A stretch of DNA of 64,000 nt, from positions 2,359,312-2,423,311 of the forward strand of contig OZ316897.1 in NCBI GenBank assembly GCA_973895155.1, read 5' to 3'. The stretch comes from Marsupella aquatica (lineage: Eukaryota > Plantae > Marchantiophyta). A model generated the notes under the pieces. That model was not told where the DNA came from, did not search any database, and saw only the letters and a program-made list of their open reading frames with translations. A program made the translations under genes and the position numbers. Positions 26,117 to 40,452 of this stretch are shown here, piece after piece. Numbering within the stretch: the stretch's first letter is position 1; each line of letters opens with the position of its first letter.

Positions 26117-29100
26117 TCAACTCAGATGAGTGCCAGCATGCTCAGGCCTCATATGTGGGCCTCCATTTTCTTGAAGAACGTAAAGAAGCACATAAGCTTC
26201 GGAGAATTTCTCGTCACAGAAAACGCCATCAGGTGACACCTGCAAGTGTCAATCACCAGGAATGCCTGGTTGTTAATGCATGTTTGGCTCGTATATGGAG
26301 GTTAGAGTAACCATGTCCTCCGAAATTCAAACGATGCCCCAATCAGAATTACACCACAGATTTCTACACCGTATGAGGGATTCTAACTTTACTTGGCATA
26401 ATTTGCAGGTCGAAAAGGGAGACAGAACTTCAGACTAGAAGGGAACGATCAAAGATCTGCATACAAGAGGCAATCAAGTAAACTGGAAAGGAGTTCGGAG
26501 ATTGCTTACCTCTCTGACGAGGGCATCATCACATCTGATATATTTCGACGAATCCAGATCATATATGTCAACAGTGTAGTGGCCGCAAGACGCTAACTTC
26601 CCGACATGACTCACCACGCCGTGGAGAGTATAGCGCGTGGACAAAGCGGCACCAAATCCATTCTCTTTTGTATCGTACATCCTGCCGTCCTTCAACTGTG
26701 ACAAACCGCGCGAATTCGGATTTCAAAGGAAGCTTTACGAGCATGGGTCAATGGTTCGAAAGATGTGGATAGATTTTTGAAAGTAGGATTGATGTGACCA
26801 CTACAAGAATTATTCCAACTACCACCCAAATTAGGACGACACTTAACACTTATCGTTTATCGGAGAATGGAAATCTAGATCAAACCAAACCATGCCAAAG
26901 GGCTCAGTTTATTTATTATCAAGAGCGAAATTGAAATTTGTCTACCAAGAAACTACGTGTGGGACCATGAGACGAACACAGGTTGCTGACCTCTTGAGGG
27001 ACCGCCAGTCGATCTCCGTTGCTATGACATCCGTTGCCATGAGAGCTCTCGTGACAGTCTGCAATTACAATCTGACAAGTGAGTCTACCCTGTTCCAAAA
27101 CGAGAAAACTTAGGCGGCAGACCTCCTCTGAAACAAATAAGCTCCACTACCCTGCGACAGTAGCTAAGAAACGTCAAACTGCCTCACCTTCCAAGGCTGG
27201 AAGATCTTCGTTAACATATTCCCTGCCATTGCCAAAAACTTCCTCCTGCTTGCATGGACCCCGCACTTTCTCAAGGCACCAATTTCCTGCCCGTCATCGC
27301 CAATTCAGATGAGCACAAGCAAAATGGATTGCAAAGACAATTTTGAATCGAAATCTATGTACATTAATAAGGTCTAAGATTCCCATCATGTACGAAAAGC
27401 GACTTGGATTCATTTCTTGACTGCACGGGTTCTTCTAATCACAACCTGTGGACGAAATGATTCTCAAATGAAAGACAGAATTCAACCCTTAAATGGATCG
27501 ATCGAATAAAACGTCGAAGAAATAGGATGAGGCTTAATCCTAGACTTATAAATAAACCAGACGATGATACTGACAATGCAGGTAAGAGGAGGGAGGTTCA
27601 CGAGCACCAACCTAGATCGAGAGACTCGGAAAATTTGACCGGAACAGACACCTTGGAACAGAGCATGTGACGATCAATTTCGAAGCGATTGATATGCAAA
27701 ATGAGAACGCGGGGTAGTTGTACGATCTTCGTCTCGGATCTCATCGTCTCGGCGCCACACTTTTCGCACTTCCGGGACAAAGTCTCCACCTGTTGCCCAA
27801 AAAAACACGATAGAAATGAGCGCGTTAGGGGACCACAATTCGCCCACGTGACGTCGCAATGCCGTGATTTACTTACACGATCACGTGATTCGATCACCGA
27901 AAGAATTGTGCTTTCTGAGAAATACACTGTGAAAGGATGAAAGATTTCGAAAGGTTGTTTCAACCTGAAAGTAGAGATTCATCAGCGCTTCAATGTCGGG
28001 AATTTCCGCTTGAGGGTCTCTGTGACAATAAACCAGGCCAAGAGCGGTATTAGCGATCCTCATCTTTATCGAGGCCTAATCTCGTCGACCGAAGCATGGA
28101 GCACGCCCCCTTACGAACCAATATGAGAACTGAATGCCGGAGTGAGCTACTATGTATGGGAGAACTTGGAAGTAATCAACGTGGAAGACCTACCTTCTAT
28201 CCTCTGGGAGAGGCAGGGAAAAATGTCTGGACGACTGATCCACGTTGACGATATTCTCGCACCCCTCGCACGATAAAATGTTTCTGACCTGGCAGCTGGG
28301 TAGGGCATGCCATAACAAATTATGAGGCGGTGCAGCACAGTGAACATGTGAGAACGAAAAAGCGACTGATGGCAACATATTGCGAATCATCCATAAAAAA
28401 ATTAAATTATACCTGAAATTTCTTGTCGTTGGACATATGCTCTCTCGGTCGGCAGGAAGTGTTTGAGATTCCTCCCACATCTGCCGCTGACTTAGAGCAA
28501 TCTCCTCTTCAATTTTGTCAAGCACATTGAGGAGGTATTCTTGCGCATCCTGAGATAATCGGCCCAAGCCCGCGTTAGTAAATGAGACATGGAAAAGATA
28601 TCAATTCATGGTAAGCTAAGGCAAGAAGACCCACCGAGAGAACCATATCAGCTTACCTGCTGAATACTCCCTTCGAAGTCGGTCATGTACTTCTCACAAG
28701 CATGCTGCAAGCATGTGGGATTGACGGTTTCATTTCTTGTACTGTGGGTCAACGTTTGGAAGACTTGTCTCAGACCGACGAAAATACCATCCCTGCGTAG
28801 GGGTAGCTTCGCCGGAAGCGGGAGATCAGCGGCAAAACATTCCAGATTGTATAGGAGTTGAATTACTGTGTTCATGTAGCATGTGTTCCCCAGATTCCAC
28901 AGTCTGCAAAGAGTTCATGAAACGGGAGCAACTTAGATTCTTCCAAAAGCCCCGTCATCGGGTAAACAAGCTCCCGGCAGACCGTGCTTCAATTGTTGGG
29001 CATGAACAGTTCTTGCTCGTCTCACTAGAAACTTCAAAATTTTGGCAACGATGGCAAGTGGGTCAATCAAACTGGTATTTAACATAAAGTCCAGAGTTGT

Positions 29101-30600
29101 TCAACTGAGAAGAGAGATAAAGTCATACCCGTGAAAGTAACTCGGAGCAGGAATGTATTCAGGACTAGCGGGTCTTCTCTGCACGCCTTGAGCTGCTGGT
29201 CTTATAGTCACTGCATCTGAATCGTCGATTACCTCCGAGACTGGACTCACAGAAGCAGAATATGTACTAGTCGCGCAAACCGGCTCTGGACTCCCGACCC
29301 TTCTCAGCAAGTTTTCAAACCCATTTTCTTGCGGAGAGGCAGTGGCACACTCGTGCATCCGCGCGGTGAGCGTAGGAGACGAGTGGACAGCAGCACATGT
29401 CACACCGTTATCCACCAAGCGGTAAGCTTCCACAACCGGTGAATGATCTGAGCATTGCTCAATCTGTATATCCATTAGCACTGCTTGTTGGCCGTGGTAG
29501 CCATTCGGAACCACCCCATTAGGAAGCTGCGACTCTTCATCGTTAGCTGCTGTGCGGCGTTCAATCGCGCTTGCCAATTTAACTGGCGATGTCCGTGAAA
29601 TATCCTCGTGAGAAGGAAAATGAAAAGTTCGCTGATGCGGCTCGTGACAGTTGTCAGGAGCTACTGCGTTGCTCTGAGCAGGTCTGATAGGTTTGATTTT
29701 ATGGACAACAGGAGCAACTGCTGGAACAATACCATTTTTCTGGACGACAGATCGCCGAACTTCTGGGGCACCAGAACTGTCGTAGACGTGATCCTCTACT
29801 CTGTTGCGTTTTATAGTTCGAGGGGCCGCAGGTTGACCGAAATTATTCTTCACTGTTGCTCGGGAGCCTGAAATACTCGCAGCGCCCAAGGAATGCCCTG
29901 ACTTAGAAAACTTTCTTATGAAAGTGATAGTTTCCGAGTTTGCGGCTGTAGAACATCCATAAATTCACCGACAGAAACAAAACGGCAAGGAGTTGGGCGA
30001 TCGTCATTGAGTTTAATGCAATACACAAAATGACAGCTAAACTAGTTCGATGCAGCAAAATTTGTGAAAGAGACACAGAATGCCAACCGTTTAGAGGAGT
30101 CTTTTTCTTTGCAGAAGGGGGAGTCACAGGTTTCTTCATGAGCTCTGCAGTGACCATCCTCTTACTGCGGCCTGCACACGGACGCATTCCTAGTTAGAAT
30201 GCTCAGTCCCTAGCCTACCACTGAAATCAAAACCCAGTAGCACAGTTTATGCATAGAAAATCTACCTTTCGCCTTTTTGAACACGCTGATCTGCTGAACT
30301 CGAGACTTCGTTTTCGGCGATAACTGCGCCATGACGCTGACCGACGTCGGTAGAAAGGAAAGATGTATATTCAATTACATTGATCTGAAGTTGCTCTCCC
30401 ACCACCACAATGGCCACTCTCAAGCGCTGGGGTGGGCTAATCCCTTTGCTGCAGTGAAGGCTCGACTTGCTCGGGCGAGGTCGTCCAATGCAGGGTCCGT
30501 AGACCTTTCCTGTGAGTGACACTGACCCGAGCTTTCCTGCTGATTCCTGAATGCCTAGCTTCAACGAGAAGCTTCTACCACTTAAAACTATCCTAAACCC
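26117..30600 (-). CDS. Ubiquitin-specific protease (peptidase C19), USP37/USP26/USP29-like; multi-exon, 5' end uncertain
   Basis: Cys box G|LWNLGNTCYMNTVIQ (exon 28657-28903), QQ|DAQEYL, CxxC pairs SCEGC and KCEKC, LPRVLILHINRF, His box YTLHGVVSHVG..GHYTVD..CDD (exon 26510-26695), final exon 26117-26239 with AYVLLY and stop. Long disordered exon at about 29129-29900. Confidence 0.9.
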
Positions 30601-33600
30601 GGAAGACTTGGAGGTACTGCCAATGCCTTGATTGACACCTTGATTTCACAGCGGTAAAACGCCCAAAATATATCCTTCACGTCAGTTCCTGCACCTTCTG
30701 CCTGATGACAGAGTTCAAAAATGAATAAATTCAGCTTCGGTTGACCGAGTACTCGGAGAAAGCGAACTCTACAATTTCAGACGTTAATTGCGAGAAACAC
30801 GGAAAAAAAAGTCCTCCAATATGGAAGGGACAGCAACCTCTCAGCCAGCCAACCATCCGCTCTAATCGGAAACTCTGCTTAGGGAAGCGGCTAGACACCA
30901 ATTATCAAACGAATGCGACCCACGCCAGACGCCTCATAGACTGGAAACGGAGCCTTAAACCCACAAGAACGGAAGATCAACAAGCTCGCTCGTCAACCAT
31001 CCGAGTCCCAAAACCCAACCCAAGGTCGCTCCAGGTGCGCCAATAAGTGCGAAGGGAAAATGGGTCGAACAGAGTCTTACAAAATAGAAGCAATCGAAAA
31101 CAGATCCCACGCTGCTGGACAGTCCTCTCGGTACTTGTAGAGCAGTAAATGAAATCAAAATCTCGCACCGAATCTTTAGCAGAAAGGAGGGTAGTGTGGA
31201 GTGGCGTATAGTAGAGAACAGAGGAGATTGAAAGAGCAGACGAGAGGAGAAGAGAGGGAGAAGAGACGCAGTGCATTACCTGGAAGACAGAAAGCCGTAA
31301 ATCCCGTCCAACAAAGAGAAGCAGCAGCCAATCCCTTTCTGCCACTCCCACTCCCTCGGGAAGGGAATCGAACCGAAGCGGAAACCAAAACCCTAATAAT
31401 GATCCCTCCCTTCCGCGCGTCTGCAACACCGAACTCCAACAAATCGGATTACACACTACACCACGAACCAAAAGGAGAGACAATTCCTCCTCCGCACCGA
31501 CAGGAACGAGCACTACTCCAACGACGACCTAACTCATCAGCCCTTCTTCCCCCAGTCACGAAGCTCCTTCGCCTTCGTATTCAGCAACATTGCCACCAGA
31601 ACCACGACCCGAATTTCATCACCACCCTCGTCAACACACTCGAGTGCGCAGACACCAATTCAAACCAGCTCTACAAGTAAAACCGAGCAGAGGCCTCCCC
31701 AGCCCCGCCCGCAAGGGGAAGAGCGCGCGAGCGCCAGCACTACAGCAGCATTCAGAGGCGACGAGCCACGACGAATCATTCGTATTCAAATATGATTTCG
31801 AGCATCAGACCCCAGGCAGACGAGACGCGGGAACCATTCGACGACAGCAATCCAAAAACCTTTCCCTCTGCCGTCTGCTTTTCCTTTCCTCCTTACTCGT
31901 CACACTTCACACTGTACACACCCCCAAGAGAACTGAACTGTGTGACAGACAGAGCCATCAAGAGCCCGCCCGCAGCTGAGCTGCAGACCACATCCCCCCC
32001 CTCTGACGCTACGGCCGCAGTCTGATATACTCTGATGGAACTATGGAAGGAAGCGAAATTGCAAATCAAGCGGCAGAGCAGTGAGTGACTTTTACAGAAG
32101 TGAACGAAAGGCAGAACTTACAGAGAAACGGACATGACAGAGACGACGAAAGGACGGAGTAACGGACAGAAACACTGAGCGACTGAGCGAGGCAGACGAG
32201 AGAATCGGACCAGAAGAAAAACCAACGCCAAAGCACAACTGCAGACCCTGACTGTACCTTATATACTCTTTTTGCGTACACTCGGACTAGGGGCTGGACG
32301 GGCTTGACCCAGATGGGGCTTGGGGTTGCCCATGCGGATTTACTTAGGGACCAAACGTTAGACCTCGTAAATCCAAGCATTAAACCCCAAACATTTGGAC
32401 ACCGGATATTCCACGTCTTTGTTTGGTCGACCCTTGATCTGACCCCAAAATGAAAACTGTTGCTTGATAACACTCCTGAGGCTTCGTGTATGTTAATTAG
32501 GTTTCTTGTATGTTAACTCAAGATCCATCAATCAATGGTCTGGATCACTCAGGGGTCCTATCAAATAACAGATTTCATTTTGGGGTCCCATCAAGCAAAT
32601 ATCTCCTGGAAATCCAAACATTAAACCCCAAACATTAGACCCCAAAAATCCTGGTAAAAAGGAGCAATCTACAGACTATATAATATACAATCTACGTTTT
32701 TGTTCTCATGGTTTGTTTATGCAATATTCTTGTGGTGGCTCCTGGACAATTCAATTCTGGTGAGAAAAATTCTAAGGATGAGGTTAGTAGTTTGCCTCTT
32801 TGTTATTTGACATGTTAATTTTTTTTATAAATTCTACTAACCCTGTTGTAACCATTTTATCTACTTTTAAATTACTAAATCGTCTCTTTATGTTAGCTGA
32901 TTTACATAACAAGTAACAATGACTAATTCTAGGCATTCAATTTGATTGACCAACACATTTGATGTATCACTTCTTAACAAAGAGGACAGTGGACAACAGT
33001 GCACAATGGTCATAACAAAATAAATATTGTTGGAATTTTTAGATAAACAAATGAGATAAAATGTTGATAATGAACGTGATGGTGTGCCCTTTAAACCTTC
33101 TCCCTACAACTTTGTTTCACGTCCCATAGTTTTTGTCATATTCTGGAGTTTAAGGTTGAGACCTGCAAGAGCAGGAAACTTTCCGGGCCTTGCCCTTGGG
33201 ACCCCAATATCTCTGCTGTCACATGAGGGGGTGCTGCCAAAAAAATCTTGGTCATACACAGCCTTACAGAACTCAAGTTGAGGATCTCATTTTGAAGTGC
33301 CTTGCACATGCAAGTTGGGCCTAAGGGTAAAACAAAAGACAAAGGTGGGGGCAAAGATGAACATGACACTAAATAAAGACAAAGCTAAGGGCTAACCAAA
33401 AAAACAGGGATGGGGCAAAGATGAACTGGAAATAATAATTCTATTTCTGGTAAGATTACTTTTGTATTCATCTCTATTTAGTCAAGGAAGGGGTAATCAA
33501 GCTCTTTGAGCAAATTGGGATGTTTAATTAGATGTGATTTATCTCGACTGGGAAAGTTTATCCAAGCATCACCAAACTCAGACAACCCAAAAAAGATGTC

Positions 33601-34229
33601 GAGTATTTTGATCCGTCCGTCCCCTTGGAGCGGACATCGCAGCCGTGCGAACTGCGAAGAACGTCCGATGTCCGGTGCGGTACAATGTCGTCTGTACCGC
33701 ACTTTGCGAGGGATCGTCGCATCGCGGGTGAAGATTATCGGGTCGCGCGCGCCGTCATGGGGCGTCGCGGTCACCCTTAATGTTTCACCCGCTCCGGGAT
33801 TTCCGCCAGCGAATCGGCTTGCGGGACAATATGGACACGTGTGGCCTCCTGCCTGCGCGAGATCTTGTGATTGCTAACTGGGTGCGTGCGTTGTCTGCCA
33901 GTGCCATGCATGGATGTCTGTAATCTGTACCCTATAGTTCTCCCTGCCTACCGTACGGAGTCCTTCGGTTGTTCGTTCTGGCGTTCTGCCCCCCGGTTCC
34001 CCCGCTCCGTGCGTTTTGAAAAGATGGGTGCGGTCCGACCCGGTCCTTAGAACTGATGATTTTAATACATTATTCTCTACCGCATGTGCACTATTGTCCC
34101 TGACGCACACGAACCCATTAATAGCGGGAAGTCGGGAACCACTCCGTCATGGAACCCTGCTCCGGCCAATGGGACTGGAGTGTTAGGCCCCCTTTTCCTG
34201 GGCCAGTACCAAAAAGTTCACAAGTACGT

Positions 34230-34640
34230 TGTTGGCGTGGTTATGTATAGGGTAATGACGGGTTAGTCTTGGAGAGTTTATGTATAGGATAATGAGGGTT
34301 TGGTTTGGAGCTATTATTCTTGGAAAAATTATGTATAAAATAATGACAATTTGGTCTAGGGTTATTAGTCTGGGTCACAAGTTTGTACTAAATGTTATTA
34401 GTTTTGGATCACTAGTTTATACTAAATGCTAATAGGTGAGGGAGAAATTATATATAAAATAATGATAATTTGGTCTGGGGTTATTAGTCTGGGTCACAAG
34501 TTTGTACTAAAAGTTGATAGGTGATTGCAGGGAGTTTTTTTGAGCTTTGTGAGAATAGTATAATGACTTTTTGGTCTAGGATTATTACTTATTAGTCTGG
34601 GTCACTAGTCTCTAATAAATGCTGATTGGTGACAGCAAGG
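34230..34640. repeat. Degenerate AT-rich tandem repeat, probably a TE remnant
   Basis: Recurring TAATGAC..TTTGGTCT.GGGTTATTAGTCTGGGTCAC(A/T)AG units at about 34340, 34460 and 34560. Confidence 0.65.
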
Positions 34641-37600
34641 AGTTTTTCTGAGCTTTGTGGGAACAACTTTCATACTAGAACCTCAGCCCAAACAGTCATT
34701 ATCCTATGTAATATCTGTCCGGAAAAAAATATTTCGGATAAGACTTTCCAAGCACAGGGTTATGGAAATGGTAGCACGTGGTATACAAGGTTACACACCG
34801 GTAACCTTTCTCTCTGACAAGATTTATGTATCATGAGAGCGCCACCAAGAATTTTTGAAAAGGAGAGTGTTGCCAGCTAGTCACTAGTGGTTTTTAATTT
34901 CTGTGCTTTTTGTTAATTTTTTCAGTGCATATTTAAGACTCCAGATGGCTAGCTAGCCGAGAGAGGAGTCCCAAAATTGGATTTTACTCCCCATGCCTAC
35001 AAGCCCAGCCAGAGGGGAGGGCAATGAGATTTATCTTTGAGAATAGAGTTTCCGCAACAAAAGACGTGACTGGGCACAAGGGGTGAACAATTTTCTCAAC
35101 AAGGGCAGTTTCTTGAAAGAGACTTCCATGGGTCTACTCTCATATCATTTTTTGTCAAAAGGGACCTCCTGAGCCCCTAGGAACTACTGCCCCTCTTTTC
35201 TCCCTTCATTTCTTTTCTATATGTAAAGTCATGGTTGGGCAGTCTTGATGTTGCAGTTTTTCACGATGCTTTCTACACGGAAGTCATTTGTGGAGGATGA
35301 TTGGCCATATGTTGCCTTGATTCTTATTAAGAGTGTCCTACCAAAGAGAATGGAACCCTTACCACCCAAAGTACTTTACTTGTTGTGACAAAGAGTTAAG
35401 CTTGTTAAGCATTTACCCTTAGGTCCTAGAGTTATGACAGTAATTGCACTTAGGGCTAACCTTAGTAGCGGGCTTGGTTAGGTTAGTCATGCTGCACACT
35501 ACATCCCCAAGTTAGTAGTATTTGCTTAAATAGGGGGAACTCAGGTTCATTGTTGCGGAGCCAGTTGAGAAATATGAGAACGTGTTGGGGCAGAGACTTG
35601 GTATGGCCAATGGGCCTAGAGCACAGTAAAGCTCTTGTGTATTCCCTTGGACATGGCCTCAACTAAGGTGAACCACCTATCTTTTTGTGTTAGTTTCTTG
35701 TGCGTTGGATGATCATGTGCTTGCTATTGTGAATGTTGTTTTTGCGCACCACATTTTACAATAACTCAATTTTGACCCAAAGTGATGGAATGGATGCAAG
35801 TATCACTAAGAAGAGTTAATGAAAAATCTAATAAGTTGTATGGGGAAATACATTTTGTGACCAAATTTTTGTTGTTGATATTCCACAATTGTCCAAAAGG
35901 TAATGGTGGATGATGAGACAAAGTGGGGGAAGGATGTACCACAAGATGGACAAAACTGAAATAGGGTGTATGGAGAGTGCATACTAGCTAGGGAATATTA
36001 GAAAGTAGACAAATCTTCAAAGAGCTTTTCTCTAGGGTTTTGGGTTACAATGTGCCTCCATCCATCCATCCAAGCTCTAGATTCCTTGGCCTCAATGGTA
36101 GTTTAGAAAAATTAAACCTTCTATGCCCCATCCAAACTTCATTGCCTTCACTAAACTGTGTTGGTTTGAATGGGGGTGATTGTTACTGACTTCTGCAATT
36201 TTTTGGATGTGATAGTCTTCATTCTTATTCATGACAAACTCTACTCATCCTAATCCAAGAATTCTCCCATGACTCTACTCTTTTCACCTCATCCAGCATA
36301 CACATGTAAATTGACTACTGCAATTTGAGGATTTGCACGCCAGACATTTTTTTAGATTTTGTGAGGGGAGGGCCCCCACGTTGCAATTGAGGTCTAATCA
36401 TGGATCTGTGTTTGGCAAATGGCCCTGATTTTCAATTCCTTTTATTCTGTATGATTCATGAGAGCATTTTTAGGCGATGTTCGGACAGATTTTCACATTA
36501 AAAAAATGCTGGTACCTGCCTTGACTTCATTCATGACTAGCTTGACTCTTAGCGACCTGTGGTTTTGTCTGGCACCCTGTCCCTTTCCCCTCAGATGACA
36601 CACAATTGCTTTGATGACATATGGAGGCTCATGATTTGCCATGCTAACGCCTCCAACCTACCTTCCTCCTGGACCAGGTTCCCCCATTTGACACTCATCC
36701 TGAACCAGGGTGTCAACTGCTGTCTACAAGCGAAAACTATCAGGTTTTTGTCCCTTCATTTTCTCCTTTTTCAACTGTCTGAGGGGCCATCGTTTGGACA
36801 AATTATGAGTCTCTGAGTGTCCCCAGATCAAATACATGCCCTCTCGGGTTAGTCCAGTTTAGTTACGCAAACCCACATACTAAATGGGGCAACCTGATAG
36901 TTAAGCTAGCTTCGGGGGCTGGCTAGGTTAGTAATTACAGACTCCCATGATAAGTTCTTTCCAAAATTGAGCCACAAAAATGGTTTCCACCACAAACACA
37001 AACGGACAATGTTAGCGGTGATGCATCATTGCACCTTCCCAACCCTCAAAATAATAATTGGGTCTCTGCAACGAGTAATTTTGTTTTATTATTGTATTCT
37101 GTGAGTGAATTGAACTGGCAAAAGCCTTAGGGGGCTATGAGGGGAAAATGTAGGATCCACCTAATCTTTACTGGTACATATCATTAAGATTATGGAAAAC
37201 CTTAGATCTTTCCTAATCTTAAGGACATTATATAATCAATCTGCAACTGAAGGCAGATTTTGGAAGATATTTGCTTTACATTTGTTTGCTTTATTTTTCT
37301 TTGTATCATTTGCCAGGAGCTAGCAAACCCGCTAGAGAATGGAAGATTTGGCAGTACTTTGCAAATTTTCAGAAAAAGCAAGTCAAAAAATCTCTGCCGA
37401 ACAGCTACTAATGTAGTGTCATCCTGGCTTGTGCAAACCAGCACTAATGACCAAAATCTTGTACCTAACTAAAAACATATTTGATAGTGCTTGCAGCATG
37501 TCAACAAAATTTTGTGATCCAAATTTAAGAATGTTTTGAGCATTTTGATGATGTAAACATTAACTTTGTAATGTATAAATATCACACTTCCAAAAAGACA

Positions 37601-38032
37601 GGATTGCCAAACCTGTATCCCCAAACAGGGAGACAGGATCCCAAAGGCAAACGAATCCAAAAAAGGGAGGGAAGGGAAAGGCCCCAAGAAGAAGAAAGAG
37701 TCCCAAGAAATCAAGGAGCATTCCAGAAAAACAATAAAACTAAGAAGCAAACAACTACAGTAACTAAAAACATTATTGGGAGATAAACTGAAATGCCTTG
37801 TATAGCTATGGAGTAAACTGTAATGGAAGTAACAAAAACTGGAATGTTTTTACATCATCAAAATGCTTTTAAATGTAAAGTAGCAGAAACAACAGAATAT
37901 GTAACACAAACTAATTTTTGACTAGTTTGGTGACAAGAAAGTAAAACCTGGAATGGAAGATGTACGAAGGATGGATAGACCGAAACATGAAGTGTCCCCA
38001 GAATCCTATTATTATAGAAAGTAGTCTAATCT

Positions 38033-38425
38033 TCAACCGAAGGGTTTTGGGTTTGGCTGAGAGCTCAGCTCAGCCCTCCGACAGACACGATCCGGCAGCT
38101 CACGAGGGCTAGGCGAGACAGATTCACCCACCTTCAGTTTCTCGGGTGTGGGGCTTTCTGAAGTTCCGAAATTGGGACCGCTATCATCACCTCTTTCTGT
38201 CACCAGCTCGTGAGGGAAGGGGCCCATCACTTCTGACGCTATCGGTGGCTTTGATCGATCACTGGTTTTCTGTTTCGTCTCGGGCTCAGATTCACCGCTG
38301 CTGCATGAATTCGCTGCCGAAGAGGCGTTGAAGAAAATGGCTCTGCTGCAGCCCGTTTGCTGCTGGAGACCGGCAGCTGCTGAGAAGAGCGCAGCAATGT
38401 CAGGAACAGTAGGTACTCCAGCCAT
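38033..38425 (-). CDS. Hypothetical 130-aa S/P/E-rich protein, divergent from PPD1
   Basis: ATG in a good context (GACATGG on the minus strand), GC-rich island in an AT-rich background, pyrimidine-rich leader; no domain recognised. Confidence 0.35.
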   Translation of the reverse strand: MAGVPTVPDIAALFSAAAGLQQQTGCSRAIFFNASSAANSCSSGESEPETKQKTSDRSKPPIASEVMGPFPHELVTERGDDSGPNFGTSESPTPEKLKVGESVSPSPRELPDRVCRRAELSSQPNPKPFG

Positions 38426-38981
38426 GTCCCTGCGTGCTAGTGCCGAGGCTTGTCGTGGGATGAGAAATTAGAGGGGTGGAGTGAAGAACTGAACGATCGG
38501 CATTGGAGGGAGGGATGGGGTATTTTAGGAGGTAAGGAGAGCTTTTGGTTGTGGTCGTGGGGACGAGGAGTGGGGCAATGTCAGGGGGAATGTTCTGGTT
38601 TTATGGAGCTCCGTAAATAATTTAATGAGCATGAATGTGACGGAAAATATAATCCGACAGTGAAACTGAATATTCAGTTGATGAATCTCGCAAACACTCG
38701 CAACAGGTGATGATCAGAGTATGACATAGACGACGGGACAAGGCTTTTTGAGCCCTCTGAATTGGCCATGGCCATGGCTGAAGGCTTTCCCTGTGCGTAT
38801 TCTAGGAAATGCGCTCTTGAGACTAGGAAACGCCCATGTAATCTTGCTTGCAGTTTTCGTGAGCTGTCTTTCGAGTTCTCTATGAGGAGTTGTTCTGTAT
38901 TTAAGATTTGTTATCTGGAGATTTATGACATTCTAGGAATTTGATCTGGCCGGTGGACAATCTGAGCAGGCAAGGACGGCA

Positions 38982-40452
38982 ATGGAGGCACTGGGGTCCA
39001 AGGCGTCGGTGCAATTGATGAAATCCCGGTCGTCCGAGCAAATTTTGGGGCGACTGGGTTTGGAAATCGCTCCGAGGTTCTGTGGACTAGGATTGAAGGC
39101 AGAGCAGCAGACAGGGGATGATATTCAAAAACCTGAAGTCAGTCGTTCACCTTCTCAATCAACGGCCAGCTCGGCAATATCCCGGAGGTCGTTGCTGAGC
39201 TCTGTGATTGTGGGTTCAGCCATACTATCCTTGCCTGAAAGAGAGAAGCCGGCTCTAGCCGCCTCAAATTACAGAGAATACATTGACAGACTGGACGGGT
39301 ATATTTTCAGCTATCCTTCAGGTTGGATCCAAGTGAGAGGAGCCGGCGCAGATGTGTTCTTCAGAGACCCTGTCAATCTTGACGAAAATGTGGTTGTGGA
39401 CTTCAGCTCGCCTTCCTCTTCTCGGTACAAGAGTGTGGAAGATCTTGGAACTCCAGAACAAGCGGCTCAAAAGGTCTTGAAGCAAAAAATTACAGAATTT
39501 ATGTCTACTAGGATTGGGGTACGAAGAGAATCGAAGGTCGTGTCTGCCAGTTCTAGGATTGGCGATGATGGCCGGCTTTACTACGACATAGAGGTATATA
39601 ACTTCCCCTCGTTGCATATGCGACCTGCCTTTGAAGTGGGAACAACACTTCAGAACAGTCAAGTGATGCAGACTAGACAGAAACACGGCCTTGCTGCCCC
39701 TATCTATCCCATGTTCATTGCTCCATTATCCGTCTCGTTTCCCATCTTGTAAATGCACTTTGCCATCGACTTTCGGCTCTTAGGTCCTCACAAAGTCAAA
39801 TTGGTCGTGACATACTCATCCTGGTGGTTGGACAGGGGAGATTCCGAAGTTTTGCTGATTCTCAAGCATGGAATAGTCTCACCAAATAATTTATTTCAGC
39901 TCTGATTCTCTTTGTAAGCTATCAGTAATTTGCAGAGATCGTACAATGCATATGAGTCACATATGAATATTTGCAGTCCTGGGTAAGAGATTTAGGATCA
40001 CCTGTCCGCATGAAGTTTTGGGCTAGAAATTTCATTCTCCCGTAGCTGAGGATGCCAGGTTATCGAACAGGAGCAATCTAGTGGTGTTAGTCAGACATGC
40101 ATAGCTCAACAAATTTGATCTAGTCATAGCAACAAACCTCAAGGTGGTCACTAGTGGTCACAGCGTGGACGGTGAATTGTACCAAAGTGGTTTGTTGCAG
40201 TAAGTTGACATTTTATCCCTATTGATATAGGTGGACGTGAAGTCATATGCCAATACGAATGAGCTGGCTGTGATGCCGGCGGATCGTGTGGCAAAACTGG
40301 AATGGAGCAGGCGTTATCTCTCCACTCTGGGTGTGGAAAACAATCGCCTGTATGAGCTACGACTCCAAGCACCTGAAAAGGCCTTGGCTCAGGAAGGGGA
40401 GGGTTTGCGTCAAATAATGAGCTCCTTCCAACTTGTAAAGCTAGAAGTTTAA
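38982..40452 (+). CDS. PPD1: PsbP domain-containing protein 1, thylakoid lumen (PSI assembly); 2 exons, about 277 aa
   Basis: Exons 38982-39593 and 40231-40452 (GT-AG, in frame). Twin-arginine signal SRRSLL..ALA. PPD1-typical motifs DGYIFSYPSGWIQVRGAGADVFFRDP, TEFMSTRIGVRRE and KSYANTNELAVMPADRVAKLEWSRRYL. Confidence 0.95.

Noticed and set aside
16370-30600. RPT5 plus USP as a ubiquitin-proteasome gene cluster
   Set aside because: Two genes separated by about 6 kb of repeats; no evidence of shared regulation or conserved synteny in this window.
30977-32473. Several overlapping 130-180 aa ORFs
   Set aside because: Low-complexity GA/CT-rich sequence consistent with the 5' UTR and promoter of the USP gene; no coding signature.
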